The translations under genes and the position numbers were made by a program. Shown in pieces: positions 22,201 to 32,837 of a DNA stretch of 64,000 bases. The notes beneath the pieces were generated by a model. That model saw only the letters and a list, made by a program, of their open reading frames with translations. It did not search any database and had not been told where the DNA came from. The stretch lies in assembly GCA_965637545.1 (NCBI GenBank), contig OZ281497.1, positions 3,472,001 through 3,536,000 of the forward strand, written 5' to 3'. This DNA is from Phallusia mammillata (lineage: Eukaryota). Within the stretch, counting starts at the first letter, position 1; each line of letters begins with the position of its first letter.

Positions 22201-24914
22201 TAACGAATACCCATTTTTACAGTCAAACCACAAGTTTAATTATAACTGTTTGCATTTAGGTCCACTGCAACTATCCCTTGACAAGATGATCGTGGACACA
22301 ATCCGGTTTCTCTTCCTTTTCGTCATTACTTTCTTTGCTTGTGCTCTTGCCATGACTCAGCTATATTGGGCCTACGGTGAAGTAAGTCATCATTTTTCGT
22401 TTCTAATGTACAAAATTCCCAATCAGCAAGCAAAGAGATTGTAAATTAGTATATTGGGACATAAATCAAAGAGAACACCGATGAAAAGTTTTGTGTGTAG
22501 CTACTAATCAGACATCTTTGTGAATGTGGCCATGGTTTTTTGAGATTGTTACTTTAAAACAAACTGAAAACGAAAAAATCTTACAGGTTTAAAGGATATC
22601 AAAAGTACGAGAATAACTCCCAAATGGTTTGACATGCTATTAAAAATCACCTCGCGTGCCAAACTCGGTATAGTGTTCCGTTCCTCTGTGATAACACTGT
22701 AGGTTTTCCGGCCACACAAAAACACATACCTTTCACAAATCACAGTACGCCAGGCCCATTAAAGCCGTTATACTGAATCAGCCGGTCACCAAGCATTCAC
22801 CCCATATGGCAAGGCGTAGACTAGAAAAATCTAGCCTGCAGTGGGATTCGAACCCACGACAGGAGGTTGTCGTACGTGGAAAGCACTAAAGGTTTTCCAG
22901 CCACACAAAAACACATTCCTTTCAAAAACTGATAACTTTTTTAGGCCAGGATCGAGCGGATACGATTGGAACGGAATCTAACCTCATTAGGGCAAAAGGT
23001 TTGTGAAGACGGTGATGGCTTTAACGACAGTAGTCCGTGTTCTCCTGTATATTCAAGTGTGGGGAATTCGTTACTGCAACAGTACTGGACGTTGTATGGA
23101 TACGGATGGAGACTTGAACCGCCTGTTGCAGTGAAAATACCGGAACAAGCATCCAAGGTAAAGACCGTTCATGTTGAAGTTTCTTGTTTAGGCTTACCTG
23201 ATACAATAATTTTGTTGACACTAATAAATCAAACTGGAGTTACCCACAAAACAGTACCTCAAGGTCTTTGCGACATTAAATTGTAAAAAATGCGTTTTAG
23301 TAAATCAATTTTCGACCAAATTGGGAAAATATGCAGCTTCCTTTATTTTTTTTGCTTTGGGTGTCATAAAGTTGCCTTGATCTTGACACACTTGCTGTTG
23401 GACACGAACCTAAAACATACGAACCAAAGGCTCATCTATACTACAGTTTTCATGTGACTGCATTTCATCAGTTAAGAAGATTTCCTAAACAATGCCTTTA
23501 TGTGTTCACAGTTGCCCATTACAGAATGGGTCGGTCTCTGTATCTCAATGTTCTTTCACTTATGGGCGGTGGTGATCATGCTCAACATGCTCATCGCTAT
23601 GATGTCCCATTCATTTGACCGGGTTCGAGACAATGCCGAGGTTGAATGGAAATATCACCGATCAGGAATGTGGATGAAGTTTATCAGAAAAGGGATTTAT
23701 CCACGACCACCGCCAATGAATCTCATCCCTTCACCCAGAGATGTCAGAAACTTCCTCGATTTCATAAAGGTACCAACTTTCTCAAATTTTCTTTTTTTGT
23801 GTTTAGTTCCATTTCAATCATAGTACGCGCGGTCTATTGACAGCCTGTGTAGATCAGTTGGTAGAGCGCACGTGCGGGAACGGCTGTCTTGGGTTCGAAT
23901 CTCACCATATCCTGTGCCTTGCCATACGGAATGCTTGGTATCCGTTAGAGTGCATCAACGCTTCGGGGTTTATACCAAAAATAAATTTATGTGCATTTTA
24001 AATATTGCCAACTATTTCTGCACTGAGGCGACGCTTTTGTAACTGTTATAAAAAGACCAAGTCTCTTTGAGGCAAGGGTTCCCAATTAAAATTGGAATTT
24101 TGAACTTACAAAGGAACATTCTTCCCTAAAAAAATCATTCATTGAATGAAATGCAGACTTATTGTAAATAATGTTGAATTTGTCAATACTTAAAACTTGT
24201 AAGTTTCGTTTCTACATTTCGACTTGTTTTTACAGAAAGGTATTCCAAAGTGCTGCCTGCGTGGCTCTGACCATCCAAAACGAAGCAACGCACAAAGACC
24301 GGGTAGCACCGATCACGAAACGGAGAATCACAAATACAGACAATCTATTGCAAGAATCACAAACAGGTAAAAAGACACATCCGCAAAAGGTTTTGTCTAC
24401 AGAATTTAGAATTATACTGGAGGCAAAACGTACTTTGGGTACTAATTGCAAGCATTCGCTATTACAAAAAACATTTTATTAGTCTTTCGCTCCTCGAAAC
24501 GGTTATCACAATTCATTCTACCCCTAGAATACAATTACTAAAAAGGTTAGTTAAACTGAGCACTTTGACACAGTCAGAAGCGTGGACATGGAAAGCTTTC
24601 TTAGGAATGAGGATTAATTGAAACCATAACCTTACGTTTCATTATATGCTTATAGATTCTTTATTCTGGCACTGTTTCGCATCTCTTCTACATTGGTGCT
24701 TCGTACCCAAGCGTTATATAGAATGTGGAAAAGGTGTTTTTGACTATCAGGACTAACTAAACATTGCCTACATTTAAACAGATACCTGCGTCGGTATTTG
24801 CTACCGGATTTTAAGCACGATGATGCTGAAACTACAATCAACAATCGGTCTACCAGCCAGCAGTCTTACAGAGGCCGACACAGCTTCAGTAACGAAGACT
24901 GCAGCAGCAACTGA
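10293..24914 (+). CDS. TRPC: TRPC-family (canonical TRP / TRP-gamma-like) cation channel, divergent; 17 coding exons, about 998 aa
   Basis: Hand-spliced GT-AG exons with consistent phases: 10293-10429, 11069-11248, 11767-12286, 12742-12868, 14683-14758, 16153-16346, 16814-16920, 18102-18197, 19595-19812, 20132-20321, 21192-21359, 21733-21859, 22260-22381, 22945-23157, 23512-23769, 24236-24366, 24782-24914 (2997 nt, TGA 24912-24914). TRPC hallmarks in the correct order: ankyrin repeats (ELNFLRAVENGD, NCRDEWGRSALFIAM, GLTPIQLAAHKNDY), YYRARASPAY, KRFVAHDNCQ, S1-S6, GPLQLSLDKMI (S4-S5 linker), LNMLIAMMSHSF (S6), EWKYHR (TRP box), PPPMNLIPSP. The start codon is uncertain because the first exon follows an acceptor at 10266. 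Confidence 0.9.
11340..11628. repeat. Element with short inverted ends and internal ATATCTGGTC repeats (TRPC intron 2)
   Basis: GATGCCGAGTG (11340-11350) versus CAACTCGGCCATC (11616-11628); ATATCTGGTC at 11401, 11456, 11480 and 11517. Confidence 0.5.
14329..14623. mobile_element. hAT-like MITE with GGCCCG/ACCCGA subterminal motifs (TRPC intron 4)
   Basis: Ends CAGAGTTGTA ... TACAACGCTTG; flanks AGTTGTAC / AGTTGTGC (7/8). Related motif-rich segments lie at about 35950-36110, 45214-45380 and 48300-48370. Confidence 0.55.
14879..14931 (-). ncRNA. Decayed inverted copy of the same hammerhead motif
   Basis: The minus strand reads TTAATGA-GACCTTATAGGTC-GAAAC-AGTGTGCACG-GTC-TGCAGCT. Arm 14879-14917 matches the reverse complement of 14999-15037 at 38/39 nt. 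Confidence 0.7.
14984..15039 (+). ncRNA. Type I hammerhead ribozyme motif with a G8A core variant, in TRPC intron 5
   Basis: Stem I CCAGTTGTA/TGCAGCTGG (9 bp, 2 GU); core CTGATAA (14993-14999); stem II GACC-TTATA-GGTC; GAAA; stem III CAGT-GTGC-ACTG; GTC triplet with the cut site after 15030. Confidence 0.8.
15162..15304 (+). mobile_element. Foldback element containing a degenerate minimal hammerhead (Penelope-like remnant)
   Basis: 50-nt inverted arms 15162-15211 and 15255-15304 (47/50). Inside: CTGATGA (15228-15234), T, stem II GACAAAA-GTTT-TTTTGTC, CAAA (G12C) and the palindromic ACGT-C. The left arm reads GTCGAAAACGTCTG on the minus strand. Confidence 0.6.
17885..18010. repeat. Palindromic dispersed repeat (copy 2, TRPC intron 7)
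   Basis: Same arms as 9065-9178 and the same GTGTTCCAAA at the same 28-nt spacing. Confidence 0.75.
21020..21095 (-). mobile_element. Single end of a hAT MITE (TRPC intron 10)
   Basis: The minus strand reads CAGTGGTTATTGACCAGGGGGGCACGCCCCCTAGGGAGGCGTC; I did not find the partner end. Confidence 0.4.
22052..22213. repeat. Minisatellite with an approximately 31-bp unit, about 5 copies (TRPC intron 12)
   Basis: Unit approximately AGTTTGACARRTATCCATTTTGACAGTCCTC, with degenerate units upstream to about 21965. Confidence 0.8.
22741..22886 (-). mobile_element. tRNA-derived SINE, family B, 5'-truncated (TRPC intron 13)
   Basis: Minus-strand B-box GGTTCGAATCC (22844-22854) and body GCCTTGCCATATGGGGTGAATGCTTGGT (22788-22815); flanked by an approximately 45-bp direct repeat. 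A B-box-only fragment also occurs at about 47916-47936. Confidence 0.65.
23843..23945 (+). mobile_element. tRNA-derived SINE, family B (TRPC intron 15)
   Basis: A-box TAGATCAGTTGG 23850-23861; B-box GGTTCGAATCT 23892-23902; body GCCTTGCCATACGGAATGCTTGGT shared with the 22.8-kb copy. Confidence 0.7.
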
Positions 24915-25419
24915 TACAAAGTAAAACGCTTCGTGATTGGTGGATATTACACTTACTGGTGCATTATGGGACAACTCAACAACCAAACAGAAAGGTAGAC
25001 TTCGACCACACAAGCCAGGATTGGCAAGCAAAACAGAAAAGCACCCACAAAAATTCGAATAAGCCAGCAAATTCTTACAATACCACCTACATTCTGTTGT
25101 AAAGAAAACACGTATAGTTGGACAATATTTCCCCAAAATAATTGCGCATTACGTGCTGTCCACACAGTATTCATTCTTACAGTGCTCGTTTACTTTTGGG
25201 CAACACTGTGCCCGACATCTATTTCTTCTTAAATTTGTATTTATATTCTGCACAACCTTACACTTCCATGTATATATTGAGTCATTACCTACGCAAACAT
25301 CTCGCAAAAATCCAGTATTCTTGCCCAAAGCTTAGCGTTTTTTCCCGCTTACGCCAAGAATGGTCATCGAAAAGCGCCAACACAACTAGACTGCTATTTT
25401 CATCAGTTTAAGTTTTTCA

Positions 25420-26220
25420 CATCCACCCCTTAGTCGCATGTTACAATCCGAAAATTTATCATCTTTCTACACGACAAAAAATGAACCATTTCCTAGTATT
25501 TATTCAATTCTTCATCAGTTTGGCCTTTTCCCTGTCATTGCACTAGGACAGCCTCATATTTGCATGTAGAATATGTTTTGCCATTCTTACTCTTGTGAAG
25601 TTTTCCATCCCTTGGCAAGTTACATTTATCCAACTTATTAAATCGTTTCTGTAGTCTTGCCTTACTAACAAACTCTTCCTTCAAAACATTGCCACTGTCA
25701 TCCAGCCCGCTGTAACCTTTTGCGCAGTATGATGTTATGAGACATGAATGTATGATAAAATTCAAGCTGTACGTTCAAAGCAAACTCTGATCCTCCAGAC
25801 AAGTTCAAATACTCACAGACTCTCTTAAACAGATTTTGGCACCTAACACCTAATTCAATAAATTCAGGCAAACTTTATAAAGTTATACTACTTAACAACC
25901 GAAATTAACTCTTGGTTTCGCATACAAAACTACAATGCCTACTGCAAAACGTACGGACAAAATTGAGTTTACTTCAAGTTCAATGTGTACGCGTAGAGGG
26001 CCTTTATTGCAAGAATCAGACCATTATTTCGTGTCAATTCTATATCGGAGCTTCCCTTTGCAAACAGTCAGCCATAAGCTTGCTTTGCTGTAATCGTGTG
26101 CATTAAGTGCCTTGCCAAGGCTAGTGCTTTTTCATTTACACTTATTCTACTGTCAGCGCTTTCTGTAGTGATATACGAGTCTTCCCTTACGAACGTCGCT
26201 TCATGCCAAGTCTAGGCACA
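25420..26220 (-). pseudogene. Probable decayed L1/Tx1-type LINE ORF2 (linker-RT) fragment
   Basis: Minus-strand frames, broken by frameshifts and stops, give SGGSE..LEFYHTF (25746-25763; compare SPGxDGxxxEFYKxF), then LPRDGKLHKSKN (25601-25618; compare LPKxGKxxxxKNWRPI). The order fits LINE RT. By-eye alignment only. Confidence 0.45.
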
Positions 26221-27229
26221 TTGCATAATTGTCTTTCAAAAGTGACTATTCATTTTACGTGCACACATGTTTACAGACCTTATTGCCTTGCTTATTAGTT
26301 AACGAATGTTATAAACCACCGGATCTACGAACCTTTTTGAAATTTTGCTTTCTGTATTGTGTCATCGAATGGGTTCCATTTCGTATGTCAGACCTTTTTG
26401 CCGTGGCCTTTTTTCATCTCACTGACTCTTTTGCTCCACCAGGCGGCTACAATTGTCATGCACTTGAACGCGAGAGGATGTTTGTTATTCTTGTTTGCGT
26501 TTCCACTGTTCGCTTTTGAAAAAAAAACAAGTGTTGAAAACTAAGAGACTGTGATTGTTATTGAGAAAAAAATCTGCAGAAATGTAAGGCTGTTTTAGAT
26601 GAGACCAAAAATGTTCTATTTTTCAAATAGTAAATGAATTTTTTGCTCATACTGTTTATACCAAAGTGCATTGGCAAAACATTGTTTGGCACAAAAGACA
26701 AGAACAACTAGATGCGATATACTTAGTTTTGCATCTTTGAGAAACCAAATTTGCGTTCCACACCAAGTGTATCTGTTCTGGTTTAACACAGTTCAAAAAA
26801 TGGGTTAATTTTGATGGCAAAAAGTATTCGGTTGCAGTGTTTGTGTGTAATCATACAGATAAGGGACGGCGACATTTAAGTTAGCACCGAAACTACAGTT
26901 TAGCAAAATACTATCATCCCGAAAAAACGTTAACAAAGCAAACATCAACCTTCATAAAAGAGTTCGGGAAAAACTGGGGGCACACGAAACAATCTTATAT
27001 CCTAAGAAGTTGTTAAAATATGTATGTGTCATGGAAATACATCAAACTCCGGTTGATTGGCCAAACATCTAAACTAGCCGTTCTTAACTTGGTTCAGGCC
27101 ATTGACCACCACTACAACTTAAAGAATATCGTGGACCAGTCCATTGTTAGAGAAGCCTAAAGAAAATCGTAGTCAACAAGCACGTTGATCTGAGCACACT
27201 TAAATACCAATAACTTGGATAACAGTTTT

Positions 27230-27590
27230 CCGTACTGAATCATTAAATGCAACTCTTTTCAGTTTATCACCAAATATTATTTGGACAATCCATGAAGTTA
27301 TCATGGACCACCAGTTGCGAACCACCAAACTATACCGATAAGTTACTTTCTTAGTTCATGATAACATATACATCTATAAAAGGCATATTTAAAGAGTTAA
27401 GAACCGCTTGGAACTACTTTAAGCAGGCCACGCCCATATATTGCAATATAGTCGACGATTACGGCATGCTTGCGAACAGTCAAAATGCTCCCCAGGGAAT
27501 TGGGGCCTTCATTGATGCAAAACGCTGCCTTATATATCTACTACTGCATACACGGAGTGCGGTGAGAGAGGTCATGATAAATGTAATAGA
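27230..27590 (+). pseudogene. Probable decayed Ty3/Gypsy pol (RNase H) fragments
   Basis: YHQILFGQ (27265-27288) plus frameshifted MDHQ resembles FHQYLFG..TDH. AWNYFKQATPI...NAPQGIGAF (27406-27510) resembles AFxxLKxxLxxAPVL...DASPYGIGAVL. By-eye alignment only. Confidence 0.35.
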
Positions 27591-28176
27591 CTGATACATA
27601 ATTCTAAAGCACCAACGTCTCGTAAAACACACAAACACTATACCATGACTTCGACTTTGATTTTTTAAATTATAGGCCAGATCTATTAGCAGTATGCACA
27701 GGCAAGCAAACTATTTTACTACTGATTTTTATAGATTAAAATACGCGTCAAGTGTTTCGCCATGTGAGTATTTTCAAAGCACAAAATATAATGCAACTAA
27801 AACTTACAAAATATATTGCAGCTAAAACTGTTTATAAAACAGTAAAAAAAAATATTCACTGAGTTCTACAATGACTTTAACCTGGATTATCTGATTTTAT
27901 CCTGGAAATGAACATTTCCCAACTTGTGATATTTTAACGAAGGTGGAAATCGTTGCAAGAATGGTAATAGAACAGAATCAATGTACCGGGTTTATGATAA
28001 TTTTTGACGCCGCAACTACCGTCAAATTTATATTCAACGAGTTTTAGATATATTAACTCTTGAAAATCCTACAATTTAAGACCGAAACTCATGACGCACT
28101 GGTTCAAAAACAACTAAATGGGAAGTGGTTTTTACCCCTCGGAGCAACATCTGTTCCGCTTATGCTCAGTCTCGCA

Positions 28177-28405
28177 CCCTATTAGGAGCCAACGTCGACT
28201 TATACAGAGGCAGAGACGTGATTACGATGACATGGTATTATCAGCTGCACATAGAGGAGCCCGATAGCACAGGCATGACAGAGGCTGTACTCACGAAGAG
28301 CCGCTTGCCATATTAGGAGCCGGCGTTTGCAGCTGATGCATTAGGCCCCTTGGGACGAAAAGCAAGCGTCGTATATAAGTATGCGAAGTATGGAATTGCT
28401 TCAGT
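28177..28405 (+). promoter_or_regulatory. Actin muscle promoter: CArG boxes, E-boxes, TATA, Inr
   Basis: Perfect CArG CCATATTAGG 28308-28317; near-CArG CCCTATTAGG 28177-28186; CAGCTG E-boxes 28242-28247 and 28330-28335; TATATAA 28372-28378; TCAGT 28401-28405. Confidence 0.75.
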
Positions 28406-28450
28406 CAGCACTGAAGACTAAAGACCAAGTTGATCTCCTTGAATCTTGTG
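28403..28450 (+). other. Non-coding first exon of the actin gene (intron 28451-30014)
   Basis: Inr-like TCAGT at 28401-28405, about 30 nt after TATATAA (28372-28378). Strong donor TGTG|GTGAGT at 28450/28451. Acceptor TTGACTTTCAG| at 30014, 28 nt before the ATG. Confidence 0.7.
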
Positions 28451-29976
28451 GTGAGTCTTAGAATGTTTTAGTTTGTTTTGGTTTATGATTTCTAAAAAGA
28501 TACAACACTTGCTAGGGCAAATCATATAGGTTGTATGTAAAGCATATTTTACAAGTCTTCTTTTATGAAGTCTGCTTGGGAGACCTGCTTGATTTAGGAT
28601 AATGCATTCAATAGGACTGGTGTACTACAATGCTTCTGTTATATTAACTGGGCAATAACTTACTCATATAACTTTATGTAAACAAGCAGCAACTTGTGGG
28701 GAATCTTTAATATACAACAGGTATACTACTTGTGACCTTGTATGTGTACTTATGGTGCCCTTGAATTTCAACACAAACAAACCCACCCAAGGGCCTCTAT
28801 GTAATAAATACGTTTTAAATACAAGCTTCGCGTCTTTTTTAATCAGGCTAATTTTCTTGTCCGTGTGTAGTGTTCAGAAGTTTAATTTTTTGAATAGAAT
28901 TGACTGATATTTATGACACTTGTGGATCTAGTGCATTGGTATTGGCTAGATCTCTTCTTGATAGCTTTACATTATTTAATGTATTAGGGCGGTGCAGTTG
29001 CAAATAAGTGGTAGAACGAATCTTTTGCCTGGTTTCTACACACTTGTGTTAAACCAATCATAGTGATGTTAGTTTCGATTTGTGTATAGGCCTACGTTTT
29101 TTTATGGCGCATGAGGTTATATGGTGTGGTTCAATCGCACTATACTTAACGATTTATTGATTCTTACCCTACTTTCTTAAAAAATGCAAACCTAATCTAC
29201 AGACCTGTAATTGTGTCGGTGTATATAGGGGTACCACACCTTAAAGCCACAGCGCCTCCTACTACCCGGCATTCAGCAGTATGTCCATATAAGCTGTCGC
29301 CGGTGTATGTATGACGTGGCGACTCTTATCGGGTGACAGGACCGTGAGATTATTCCCTGATGGGAAACAGGCGGTGTAGCTGGAGCGGGGATCATTCGAG
29401 GGCCTGACGGTCTCTAGGGTCTAAACACGCGCCAAAGTAATTTAAAAGCAGTTGGCGAATTGTGATTGCTTGTTAGACCGGCTTGATAAGCGATGACGTC
29501 AAAGCTCGGTTAGCGCAAGTCGGCAGCAATCGATATCAAACGCCGCGCGCATTTTAATTTACCACAACAATCAATCAAGGTTCAAAATAAAGTGACCGCC
29601 TTCGATTACATTTAAAACTAAGGCATATGTATATAGTTAAAAACAAAAGCTACAAACGATTTTCCAAATAATCAGAAAGTACTATGCACATTTGAACCTA
29701 AATTTTCAAACAAGCCTTCACAACAAACGAAAAACTCAACGATATTTAGCGACGGATGTTTAATGAAGTGAAGATCGAAACAGAATTAAATTGACGTGTG
29801 TTTTCAACTTTACGCAATAACAACCCAACAGACATTAGACAGCAAATATTTTGTAATTTATCGAATTTATAGCCGTAATTTTGACAAGCAATGACCTTAA
29901 CACAGAGACACGATTCATGTGTATCGAAACAAATGAAACTCTCTGCTTTTTCACATGGATTTAAGTGAAGTTATGA

Positions 29977-32176
<2,200 letters not shown>

Positions 32177-32740
32177 GTCCTCTCTCGGACTTCTTATATC
32201 TTCATGTGCGCTACTTCGCTTATGTTCTCTTGTTAAAATGTTCCTTTATGACCAGGTTAACAACGGTTTGAGTAAGGGCGTATCTACTATCTGTCTGTCT
32301 CTGGTATTTTGTTTCGTTAAGTTTACAGATTTATGAAAATGACGTTGATGTGTTATGGCGATTGGTAAAATACAAGAACATGTTCAAACTGTTTATTTGT
32401 GTCTGTCGTTTACACAGAAAGTCGTGAAGTTAAAGATATCTCCTCATTTACGTTTAAAGAAGAAAGAATAGAAATATATTGAGATATTTGCAGTGTAGTT
32501 TACTCAACTTTTGAAATATCCGCTCATAGGGTGAGATTAGTGCCATATACTATATTGTCTTTCTTATCCAATTACAACCTATTCCTTCCCTTGTGTTCAG
32601 CACCCGCATTCAGATTAAAGAATTGCCACACATAACGTAGGGTTCTTTAAAACCCTGCCGTTTCGCTACGTGGCTATACAAAACCGCTAGATGGTACAAG
32701 AGAACATACGAAAACAACCAATACCGTTAACTAAGTGAAG

Positions 32741-32837
32741 CTTGGCCAAATGGTGTGAGACGCTTGACCTATGTACAGACAAAAAATACTAATCGAAATT
32801 TGTCCCCGGGAGCGTTTTGGGTTCGACTCCTGTAAAA
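32741..32837 (+). mobile_element. tRNA-derived SINE, family A (second copy)
   Basis: CTTGGCCAAATGG...TGACCTATGTACAGACA...GTCCCCGGG...GGGTTCGACTCC-TGTAAAA aligns with the 1781-1891 copy; TSD AAGTGAAG at 32733-32740 and 32838-32845. Confidence 0.75.

Noticed and set aside
23843-23915. Functional tRNA gene
   Set aside because: A and B boxes are present, but there is no acceptor or anticodon stem, and the sequence continues into a shared SINE body.
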